A stretch of DNA of 63,819 nucleotides, counting the filler, from Octopus bimaculoides (lineage: Eukaryota), in the NCBI RefSeq assembly GCF_001194135.2. It is 5 parts of 3 records of this genome, joined end to end, with 100 filler letters (N's around TTAATTAATTAA, not from the genome) between each part and the next. Parts side by side here need not be neighbours in the genome. Positions count along the whole stretch, not along the records: positions 40,505 to 57,333 come from NC_068982.1; 4 more parts are not named here. One strand, given 5' to 3'. This document shows positions 41,861 to 53,800 of the stretch, piece after piece; the first letter of the stretch is position 1, and each line of letters starts with the position of its first letter. The position numbers and the translations under genes are program-made. The notes beneath the pieces are model-generated. The model worked only from the letters and a program-made list of their open reading frames with translations, searched no databases and was not told where the DNA came from.

Positions 41861-41926
<66 letters not shown>
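41860..41926. repeat. (AAT)n microsatellite abutting the 5' junction of the R4 element
   Basis: Direct reading. Confidence 0.95.
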
Positions 41927-43850
41927 TATAACCAAGAGATTAATGATGATAAAAAACGTGAAAGATTAGTCCCTGATGCTGACGGAAGTCGACTTTCTGG
42001 GGCAAGATACAGAGTAAGCAAGAACATAATATTACAGCTGAATGACTCTAAAGCCTGAAGCAAGCAGATTCTTATCTTCAGCAAGAGGCTATGCACTTCA
42101 CAGAAGACAGTATCAGAAACATGAGTAAAAAGATGAATAACTGAAAAGCAGCAGGACCTGATGGAGTACAGGGATTTGGGATAAAAAAAAAGTTCAGTAG
42201 TTGCCATAAATTGATCGCAGAGTAATTTAAATCATTGATCAATGGAAAAGAAGAAATCCCGGGCTGGTTGACAAAAGGACGAACGGTGTTGTGTCTGAAG
42301 GATGGATCAAAGGGAAATGCTGTTGACAATTACAAACCAATTCCCTGCCTCCCATTAATGTGGAAGTTACTGTCAGGAGGAATTTGCAGAAGAGCTGTAT
42401 AAATTTTTTGATGAAAACGATATATTACCGACGTAACCAAAAGTCTGTAGATGGAGATGTAGAGGCATCAAAGATCAACTATTGATAGAAATGCAAGATT
42501 GTAAACGAAGAACACATTTGAGAATGGCCTGGATTGACTTTCGCAAAGCTTATGATATGACTCGACATTTGTGGATCATCGAGTGCTTAGATCTGTTTGG
42601 AACTGCGACGAATGTAACGTGTTTCCTGAAAAGAAGTATGGTAGGATGGAAAACTGAACTGACATCTCACGGAAAAAGCTTGGGCACCCTGGGTATCGAG
42701 AGAGGAATTTTCCAGGGTGATAGCCTATCTCCGTTGATTTTTATTCTCTGCATGACACCCCTTAACTTGGTAATTAGGAAAATGAACCTGGGGTACTAAC
42801 TAAAGGAAAAGTCCCAAACAATCAACCACCTCCTCTTTATGGATGATTTGAAACTGTATGGCAAAGATGTGACACAAGCGAGTTCCATGGAGAACACAGT
42901 CCACTGTTTTAGTTCTGATGTTAGAATGGAATTTGAACTCAAGAAGTGCGGAATAATCTACCTCAAAAGAGGCAAGGTACAGTCCCTAGCAGGGATAGAA
43001 ATACTGAATAGAGACTTGATTAAACAAATTGAAACAGAAAGCTACAAACACCTTGGTGTACTAGAGTTCATCGAGATAATGGAGAAGGAAATGAAGGAGA
43101 AACTGAGGGCGGAATATTTCCGAAGACTGCACTCAAAACTGACTGGAAGGAATAAAATCCAAACAGTTAATACGTGGGCGATAACATCGCTTCGGTATGC
43201 GAGAGGGGTGAAACGGTATGGCGCATCGTTTGCGAATGCCTGAAATTGACACACAGCGAATACAAAAGACGCCATGACAATGTGACAAGAATGATCCATT
43301 CTGGGCTCTGTGGAAATCACGGCCTACAAAGAGCAAAGACGTGGTTTGAACGAACCCCAGAAGGAGTCACTGAGAATGAGAATTGCAAAATCCTGTGGGA
43401 TGCAATGATCCAGTGCGATAACCCGACCAGACATCGGAAATCGGACATTGTTGTGGTGAATAGAAAAGAACATGGATGATAATCGCCATGGCATGCCCCG
43501 ATGACAACAGGATCAATGTGAAAGAAGAAAAAATAAACAACTATGACGATTTGAAGTGGGAAATACGAAGGTTGTGGTCAATGAAGAGAGTAGACATGAT
43601 ACCAATAGTAACTGGTGCACTTGGACGTATCAACTCTCAACTACCAACATGTCTGAAAAAGATTGGTGCAAATATGAAGGCAGAACACCTACAAAGATCA
43701 GCATTGCTTGGAACAGCAAGAATTCTTCGCAGGATTCTTGAAGCATGACCAGTAAATAAGTATCACATAAGTCTGCTGACTGTGAACAACTGACACTTTT
43801 CATCATACCCAGCAAAATAAGCAGTGAGTTTTCATCACATGATAACAATT
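41927..43850 (+). mobile_element. R4/Dong-clade non-LTR retrotransposon (RT plus RLE), 5' truncated, internally deleted, pseudogenised
   Basis: [131 protein letters not shown]; 3' UTR to ~43850. Confidence 0.92.
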
Positions 43851-43899
43851 ATTATTATTACTGAGTGAGAAAGCAGCATACACCATCAAAATGATACTG

Positions 43900-43977
43900 A
43901 TTCTTGTCACATTGCCATGGCGTCTTTTGTATTCGCAGTGCGTCAATTTCAGGCATTCGCAAACGATGCGCCATACC
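43900..43977 (-). repeat. Inverted 78 bp copy of R4 segment 43215-43292
   Basis: 75/78 identical by manual alignment of the reverse complement. Confidence 0.92.
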
Positions 43978-43989
43978 ATTTACATATGA

Positions 43990-44120
43990 GGTCAAACACT
44001 GCCGAGGTGAACTTTGTCCTTCATCCATTCCGTTTCGATAAAGTAAGCACCACTTGAGTATAGGGTGCAATCGACTTATTCTCTCCCATAAAGTTGCTGG
44101 CCTTGCGCCAAAATTTGGGA
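43990..44120 (+). mobile_element. SINE family B 3' half, diverged
   Basis: GCCGAGGTGAACTTTGTCCTTCATCC..GTTGCTGGCCTTGCGCCAAAATTTG. Confidence 0.7.
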
Positions 44121-44984
44121 CAATTCTTGTCCTTATTTTCCTCTTGTTAATAAGAATTTCTATCGTGGGTATTATACAAGTTTTGAGAATTAAATTGATA
44201 GCAGAATATGACTAGTAACAATTTTGATCTGATCCTGAATCTTAATAAGCAAAATCAAGCCTGAAAATATTTCAAAGCCGAACGCGAAGGGACTTAACTC
44301 AACCTGGCAAAATATCTTGCTTGAGACTGTATCGTCCTGCCATCTAGCGGAATTATCTGTTTGTCTGTCAATCTCCTCCGTTCTCTCTCTTTATATATAT
44401 ATATATATATATATATNNNNNNNNNNNNNNNNNNNNNNNNNNNNNNNNNNNNNNNNNNNNNNNNNNNNNNNNNNNNNNNNNNNNNNNNNNNNNNNNNNNN
44501 NNNNNNNNNNNNNNNNNNNNNNNNNNNNNNNNNNNNNNNNNNNNNNNNNNNNNNNNNNNNNNNNNNNNNNNNNNNNNNNNNNNNNNNNNNNNNNNNNNNN
44601 NNNNNNNNNNNNNNNNNNNNNNNNNNNNNTATATGGATGGAGGAGGTATTTGTATGGATGGATGAATGAATGGATACATGGGCACACGTTCATATACAGT
44701 CACAGAATAGATACATAAATGAATAAATGGATAGCTCAATAATGGTACAGATAACAAAATGCTGAGTAATGCTTATGTAGATAGATAGAAAAATAGGCAG
44801 GTTTATAAAGTGAAAGGTAGATAGTTAAATAGACAGATAGAGAATGGGTAGATACATAACTAAAACGGTAGGTAGGTAGGTAGATAAAGAGAGAAACAGA
44901 CATTTAAATATATATTAGCTGGTAGGTTGTTAGATAAAAAGATAGACAGATATATAGGTCGATGGATAAATAGATATATTGAAG

Positions 44985-44989
44985 GATAA

Positions 44990-45045
<56 letters not shown>

Positions 45046-45105
45046 ATAGATAGCTAGCTAGCTAGCTAGATAGATAGATAGATAGATAGATAGATGGATG
45101 GATAG
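44985..45105. repeat. (GATA)n/(GCTA)n microsatellite
   Basis: Direct reading. Confidence 0.95.
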
Positions 45106-47519
45106 AAAAGCAGATGAGTATGAAAAAACTATTTTTCAGAAACAGACATTCACATTTGTACACAAACACATAAATCCACATATACACTGAAATTACCATA
45201 CACATATTTCTATAAAAAAATCAACACTCGTACATATACACATAAAGGCACGCAAACATATATGTACACAGAAATACATACACATGCAAAAGCACACAAG
45301 TACTCAAATAAACGCATGCAGGCACATACATGCAGACACACAAGGATACATACACACTCATATCTAATACACCTTTGAAATGTTGTGATAGTTAAATCCT
45401 GTCAGTTTTGACACGTTGAAATCCGTGTGATTATGATGAAACGTATTGTATGATTTTTACTTAAAACATTGATAATCACAGAAAACATACAAGGGGATTT
45501 TATCGACATCATGTATGACTTATAATTATAATAAATAGCATAAGCATATTTAGAATTAAATATTTAGAATAAAATGAACATGTTTTCTAAAACACATTGT
45601 GTCGTTATATCGGAAGAATGAAAAAGACTCCTATGATGACGATTTAATGGAAATATTTTTAATAGTTGTGTCAAGTGTTTATGGCAGTGTTCATAGCCAT
45701 TTTAAGGTGGGAAGAAGAGAGGAAGTTTTCTTGTGGTCAGATGTTTCCATCCATGTAAATTCAACAAAAGGCAGCAAGGGCCAGGTGATGCAGTTAAATA
45801 AGGCGGTGGGTTATGTGTTGCAGGAGCAAACGAGGCAACTCCTAGGCGGTTGTTCAATATATTAGAAATGGCAGCCCAAACCCCTCAATACTTAAAAAAG
45901 TGGAAGGACACGTTGAAAACAAACTAGTCTTAGATATACAGAATTACAGACTGGTCATACTATGAAGAGTTTTGAGTAGAGAGTATGACCTAGGGACTAA
46001 ACAACAGCAGTAACATTATTGAAAGGCAAATTTAAATGGTTTGATCTGGATTTTAAACAACAGCAGAAACAACATTTGATGTGATATAAACTTAAAAAGT
46101 AGTTGATATTTGTAATTTTTTCAAGTGTTGTAGAAATAAAAATTTAAATATATTTATATTTTAATAAGTTTGCAGCTAAACATTAAAATGATCAGCTGTC
46201 ACGTGTTGCATAGCATGCTTATCGAATGGAGAAGCCTACTTATTAATCAGATCTAAATACATTGTTAGATTGATGTTACTTAATAACATTGCGCTTAAAA
46301 AAAAAAAAAAGAACCAAGTGTGTCACTCACCCAAAATTATTACCGAAACTATTCGATGTAAAACTCTCCCATTGCCAACTCTTTTTACGTTTCTTCTTGG
46401 AATTGTTGTTTGTAGGAACACTAAAATAAACATGCATTACAGAGACATCGACAAGATGTCCAGTGTCGGAGACATCAGGAAATCAAATGGCTACAATTAC
46501 ACCGGAAGCAACTTCTCTAATCGGGTTTGCACGTGTATCTCTGTATGTAAGCATGTGCATATAACAGAATGTTTATATGGCTATTTATGACAATAAGCTT
46601 ATACCTAAGTGTGTATTTGTATGATGTATTAATGTGCTAGTAATTCAGATTATTTTGCTAATCGTTCAGTGAGGAGTTCAGTTATTGATAATAAAATGAA
46701 TGTATTTCTGTAGCGTGGAAAGCAAAATTAATCTTTGCTCTGGATAGTTTTATGGAAAAATATTCACAGCTCTTCGAGCATTAAAGATGCATTTACTGCT
46801 TCTAAGCCTAGGGAAAGAAGCAATACAAGCTTCGTATGTTTCAGATCTGAATTCTTCCCATGACTGATGATTAATGGTAATTACTAATGAGTTTTGACAA
46901 TACGCAACTTAACCGTATTATGTTATGCATGTTAAAAGAGATTTGAATAATTTTCTATCTGTAAATTAATTTGAACATTATTATTTCCATCAGAAATTGA
47001 TCCTTAGAATTATATCTCAATATCGTTTCTCTCCCCCCCCCCACACACACAAAAAAGAAATACAAGGAATTTTCCAAACTCCTTAATGCAATATCCGAGT
47101 AAATTATCAAGTTCTTTTCCGATTAAATTACCAGCACAATAATAGAATCATGCGATATAAAACCATAAAACCATAAAACCATAACAGTATATTAATTAGG
47201 TGTTTGAATTATAAACCATGTTTGATTTTTTTTAAATGAGGGGGCGAACATTTTAATAGAAACAATATGAAAGTTCCAGCACTTCTGATGACGGGTTATC
47301 TCTGAAACGGTAGATTTCTCTTCATCAAAGCAAAGCAACAAGCGAAAATAGTTTTGAAAGTTTTTGAAGTCAAAGCGTAAAGGGACACAAATCAACGCTG
47401 GCTAAGTTTTATGCAGTACTGTACTGTTTCTGCCATCAAATGTAATTTTATATGCGTATGTATGTATATATGTGTGTGTATATGCACGTATGTTCTCTTC
47501 TGCTTTTAATTATGTGAAT

Positions 47520-47900
47520 TCTTCCTCTGAGGAAGGGGCTGGTTTCTAACAAAGATACAACTTGAGAAAAGTTTTGCATATTTTGACTGTTCCACTTCTG
47601 GGTGTAGAAGCTAGTGGTTTCAGAGCATTTGTCCATAGCTTTCCTCTTTCTCTTTGAGTCTCAAAGAAATATTCACAACAGCAGGATAGCTAACTCCTAT
47701 GACAGTATATACCTTTCTTCTCTGTCCCAAACAACAATAACTAACCTGTTATGTTTACACTAGATACACGTTTTGCTGGAATGTTCCACTAGTATTCTTC
47801 GTGTCGGTGCTTGTGAATGTATTCTACAACACGGGGATTCTGTACATTTATTCCAGGACAGACTTTTTTTCCGAATGGCATTGTATATTGCTTTTGCGAC
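47520..47900 (-). mobile_element. R4/Dong-clade RLE fragment, same family as 10535-11180
   Basis: Minus strand VAKAIYNAIRKK..VVEYIHKHRHEEY*WNIP..CKHNRLVIVVWDREER..VSYPAVVNISLRLKEKEESYGQML..SGTVKICKTFLKL. Confidence 0.8.
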
Positions 47901-50900
47901 AATGTATGTATGTATGTATGTATGTATGTATGTATGTATGTATGTATTCATGAAGTAATTCATCGGACGGTTACGTGAGGCACTGAACCGCCAAATTATC
48001 CTCAAGGAATTGTCATTACAAATTCACCTGTATTGAATTCACTCTATATTTGTATATTGAACCATCTGTAGTTTCCTCAAATTATTCTGCCTGACTTACA
48101 TATTTGTAATATAACATACTGAAATTAGTGAATGAATGGGTTTATAAGGCTAAACTCTTTAACTTAATCGAAATAGATATCATATTGTTGCTTAATATTT
48201 ATTGATTTCTCTTTATTTTTATGTTACTTTTATTATGATTATTCATCGAGCACCATCAACACATTCCCTCTAGAAGCCAACATTATCCTATTTTCGTGCT
48301 GAAGCACTTTATGAAGTGACTGACTTGATGTTTTTATACTTTAGTGAAAGTTTGCTCAACCAGTATTCTCTGAACTCGATAAAATAAGTAACCGTATGCT
48401 GTTGTTGAGCGAATATATATGGCGGCCTAAGATTTGATAAGTTCACAGGAAGTCAACACTAGAGACATCTTGCAATTGGTCTTATCGATTTTGGTCTCGA
48501 ATAAATATTGATTGAACGGAAATGTTTCTGGGCCGAAATGGTTTCGTGTGGATAGACTCACAAAGAAAGTAGGTCGAAATTTATCCTATTGGCTATGTCA
48601 AAGCTTTGTAAACTATCGACATTATAGAATCTTGTCAAATTGGCCGTTCAGTGTCAGATATAGTATTCATTAAGAGGGGAGCAAAAGATTGTAATATCTC
48701 ACTTCACTTATATTCAAAATTTATTCGGCGGAGAATGGAGTGGAAGCTTAATGAAGTGAATTTTTAATTCCTGGTCCTGGATTCAAGCTAAACCTACAGC
48801 CTTATGATCCTGATCCCAACACGATAACCATTGGTCCCTTAATACTCAATGAATTAAAAGTGTAGTGAATCCCACTCTTCCAAGTATTATGAGCTTAGAG
48901 TTATCTCAAGCCAGTAATCTCATTAAATGAACCCATCTGGACCTGGTCAAATCACTGACGTATTACTACAACACCGAGTTGTAATTTCTCGTGGAGGCTC
49001 AGATCACATAAAATTAACTGTCTTTGCTCAAAGCACATTCTTACAGGAATCGAACAGATATCTCTTCGGCTGGAAAGCTGCTATACTAATAATATAGTTA
49101 GTATACAAGGATACTAACAATATATTTCCCCGCTTAGCAAACAATTGAAAATTAGTCTTTATATCTATTCCTTTACTCTTTTATTGTTTCAGTCATGGCT
49201 CCGCAACCGTGTTAGATCATCGTCGCGTAAGGTTTAGAAGGTTTAGCCGATTTCATTGCCTCCAGTACTTATTGTGCTTAAAACGCTGCAACATAAATTA
49301 TGGGTGTCTTTTCTGCCGAAACAGTTAAGTTAGAGATATGAACAAACCAGAACCAGCAGCTTGCTGATACACACACATCTTCACCCTGGTGTCATAGCAA
49401 TGGAACTGAACCCGTAACGAAGAGATCGTGAAGCGATTTCCATTGCCACATAGCAATGTGTATCTATAAGTTATTTTATTTTAGTGTCAGCAAAACAACT
49501 TTTAAGCCCTTTTATTTTGAATAGGAAAATATACAGAAAACAATCACCAAATTCTCAAATATTCATATCTATTTGCAATTATAGAAAACGTTCTACCCAC
49601 GTTTTCAAAAAATGTCAAGAAAAAAACATCCCCTAAAAACTGTGCTGATTCCTGACCGAACTATGATAAAAAAAAAGCAAGCTGTTAAATATGAAGAGTT
49701 GTTTTTCTAGTTGCAACGTATTATATTTAGAAATATTTCTCGTAAGTCGCTGCAAATACCCAGTCCGATTAAAATGAGTAAGGGTTGTTACAAATGCCAG
49801 CTGCATTTAGATTGAAGATAAATGGACAAAAAATCTAACCTGCTGTGAAAATTAGCTACTTATGTACAATTTCGTGGAAAGCATCCCTGTTTGAAGAGTT
49901 TTCAAGATGACGTATGAAAATAGAAGACAAAATTGTGGCAAGGTGCCTTCGAATACCACATGGTGTTCTGGAATGAATGCTTTTCAAAAAACAATTTAAT
50001 TAAAAGAGAAAAATAGAGAAAAAAATCAATGGCTAATTTTGGGCAAGTGTTATAATCAGTGTTGCCAAATATTTCAGTTCAATAATCTTTAGAAATGCAC
50101 ATAAAATAGTTATAATGAATTTAAAGTATAACAGTTGATTAGCAGAACTGACTAGGCACAACGCCAACTTTTATTGGAAAAGATAGTTTGATATATTGAA
50201 TCAACTCAGTATATTACTGGTAGATGTGTTATTGACCTAGGAACGATGAAAGAATTAGATGATATCAATAGGATTTTAAGACAGAATATACAGGAACGTA
50301 ACAAAATAACTTTCTGTAATTAGATAGAAAATTAAAAACTGTATCATAAAATTCAATTACTTTACTAATCATCTGAGTTTTTGTGCATATGTTTGTGTGT
50401 TTGTGTGTGTGGCTCAATGGCCAAATGGTTAATAATTTTACTTCAAATCATAAAGAATCGGGTTCGATTTTATCACATTGCACGGTATTTTGGACACATG
50501 GCTTTTATCATAGCCTCGAACCAACCCAGGATCTATGAGTTAAATCAGATAGATTGAAAAAAGTAAAAACCGGTGAAATTGACTTATCACAGTGTGTCTA
50601 TGTATGAAGTTCAAAGTTCTTTGAATAGTTAAGGCATTAATGAACGCTTTGAACGAACTGCAAGAGGACGTTTAGGAAAGTTAATGTACAGGTTTAGGAG
50701 GAACATGCTCCGATTAAGAGGAGCATGCGAGAGATAATCTGCTGGCAAAACAATCTTACATGAATTTGGATTGTCATACATTAAAAGAACGTGAACGCTT
50801 TCACACTCAAGAGTATGTTCAGGACTGATCATATTTAGTACCTATGTGTATAGTACATAAAAGCGAAAGGATATCAGGGTCATAATTGGCGTGGTCATAA

Positions 50901-51731
50901 TCCAGGTAGGGGGGTTCCTGGATCAGAAGAGATGACTATATTTGTTTTCTGATTTTACCCCCTCCCCCGCCAACACGCACCTATAAAATATTCGTCATAC
51001 AATCTACAGGCATTACGTTCAAGTTCTCTGTGAGGATCTATTCACTTTTTTGGTTTCTTATGACTATAACTCTGAAAGTTTGATAAGCGTGAATGTGTTC
51101 TACGCCCACGAAACCTTCAGTGACGCAGAGCAGAGTCAGACTGTTATGAAATGCTAATAACACCAACTGTATCCAGTGTTTTTACTTCATACACTTATGT
51201 GTTTGCCTGTGTGTGTACGTACANNNNNNNNNNNNNNNNNNNNNNNNNNNNNNNNNNNNNNNNNNNNNNNNNNNNNNNNNNNNNNNNNNNNNNNNNNNNN
51301 NNNNNNNNNNNNNNNNNNNNNNNNNNNNNNNNNNNNNNNNNNNNNNNNNNNNNNNNNNNNNNNNNNNNNNNNNNNNNNNNNNNNNNNNNNNNNNNNNNNN
51401 NNNNNNNNNNNNNNNNNNNNNNNNNNNNNNNNNNNNNNNNNNNNNNNNNNNNNNNNNNNNNNNNNNNNNNNNNNNNNNNNNNNNNNNNNNNNNNNNNNNN
51501 NNNNNNNNNNNNNNNNNNNNNNNNNNNNNNNNNNNNNNNNNNNNNNNNNNNNNNNNNNNNNNNNNNNNNNNNNNNNNNNNNNNNNNNNNNNNNNNNNNNN
51601 NNNNNNNNNNNNNNNNNNNNNNNNNNNNNNNNNNNNNNNNNNNNNNNNNNNNNNNNNNNNNNNNNNNNNNNNNNNNNNNNNNNNNNNNNNNNNNNNNNNN
51701 NNNNNNNNNNNNNNNNNNNNNNNNNNNNNNN

Positions 51732-51770
<39 letters not shown>

Positions 51771-52809
51771 CTGTGTGTATGCATGTATTATGTATGTGTG
51801 TGTATGTATTTGTATGTGCGTGCGTGACCGTGCGTGACCGTGCGTGCGTGGGTGTATGTGTGTGTTTGTGTACGCATTCACTTATTAATATGTGCGATTA
51901 ATAAAACTGAATTGCGTCCTAATACATTGTTTCACGTCTTTTGGTTCACTTCTCATTTTTCCTATAACTTAGTGTATACATCCCCGCATGTTTTCCCAAC
52001 ACTCACTCTCTCTCTCTAACACATCGTCGTGCATATGAACCGCCTCCTGGTAGCAAATAAAAGATAGAATTATTTTTTTGACTCTTCCATAAGAATAAAA
52101 TATAATAATATTGAGTATTCCACAGACTCTCTTTACATTTATAAAAAAATCATTATTGTGATCGATAGTAAACCGACAAATTATGAGATTAGATGAAGAA
52201 AGCCTCATGTGAGTGTCAGAGAAAAATGAGAGCAACTACTTCTATTTATTTGACCTTTCCCTCACTGCCAATAATAAATAAGTAGTTTTGTATTCATCGG
52301 CTTATTGCATCCATCTTATTTTTCACTTCTCCTTCCTCTATTCTTCTTACCTCCCTTTCCACTTATACTTTTTTTTTCTCTGACTTTATATTTTCGCACT
52401 TCCAGGATCATATAATGGTCTTTTCTTGCCGACTCTTTTCCGAAATCACACTTAGTAGATATAGGTTTGAAATTTAAAAGAGAAACATTCCGGAAGAAGT
52501 CATGGTTTTTGTATGCGTTGGTGGGAGATATATTAGTAAAGAGGCTTATGTGGCTAGCAATATTGATCTGAGCCTGAAGGGAAGACGAGTATGCATTATA
52601 TAAGATAAGATAATAGCGATTGGATCGACAGATCGCAGTTGTGATGGTGAAAGAAGAAAAAAAGAAAAAACTAGAAAAAAAAAGAAAAGAAAAAAAAAAC
52701 AATTTCTCATTTAACAAGGAACATTATACAAAGAAAATATTTTATTTAATCGTTATTGTTTCAAATGTATACGTACGTACGTACATACGTCTGGTCTGAT
52801 CTGTCTGCC

Positions 52810-52905
52810 TGTGTATATATGTATGTGTGCGTGCATGCATGCATCTATGTATGTGTGCGTGCGTGCATGCATCTATGTATGTGTGCGTGCGTGCATGCAT
52901 GTAAG
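52810..52905. repeat. ~28 bp minisatellite, 3 units (TATGTGTGCGTGCGTGCATGCATCTATG)
   Basis: Direct reading. Confidence 0.85.
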
Positions 52906-53248
52906 CTAGTAAGTATGTCTGTCTGTCTGTCTGTCTGTCTGTATGTATGTATGTATGTATGTACGTACGTGTGTGTGTGTATTTCTGTATGTATGTATCC
53001 ATCTATCTGTATGTATGCGTGTGGGCATACATATGGCACCTTTTCACTTAAATACGTTTGGTTCTTATACAGGCCATCCTGGGATTGGAGGTTGATGTGT
53101 TAAACCGAGTGGTGTCATTCTGATTGATACGAAATTAATAAAAAAAACTCAAGGATTGGAGTCGACAAAATATATTCCTGCATTTAAATATTTCATAGAG
53201 GTTGTACACGCACATATACACACAGAAGCACACTTACAAATATATGGA

Positions 53249-53331
<83 letters not shown>

Positions 53332-53639
53332 GCACACAAGCACACGGGCACTAAAGAATCTGTAGATGAAGTGTAAGCTTTGTTTCGGACTATTCAGACA
53401 ATAGAACATCCGTCAGCTCGACATGGTTTTTAATAATGGGATCAAAGTAAATCTCTTCAATATGTCTGGCTCAGTGTGATGACAGGACAACTTAAATGGT
53501 TTTACGATCATTTTTAACAAATTTTGTCCAAGTAGTCGTATATACAATATATACTTCAACAGTTTGAAAGCCAGCTGTATGTAAAGAGGAGAAGACAATG
53601 GACAGGACAAAAAATAATCGATAAGTATTAAGCTTAAGT

Positions 53640-53800
53640 CGTGAAGGCGCGTGACCTAGCGGTTAGGAATGTTCAGCTCACGATCATAAGGTTGTGGGTT
53701 CAGTTCCTTGAATGGGTGTCATACTGCACTTTGGGGTAAAGCACTTCATTTCCCATTGTTCTATTCTACTTAGTTGTAAAGAGTACCAGTCCGATGCTGA
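53640..53800 (+). mobile_element. tRNA-derived SINE family D head, diverged
   Basis: GGCGCGTGACCTAGCGGTTAGG..CTCACGATCATAAGGTTGTGGGTTCAGTTCC; related to 61083-61240. Confidence 0.65.
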
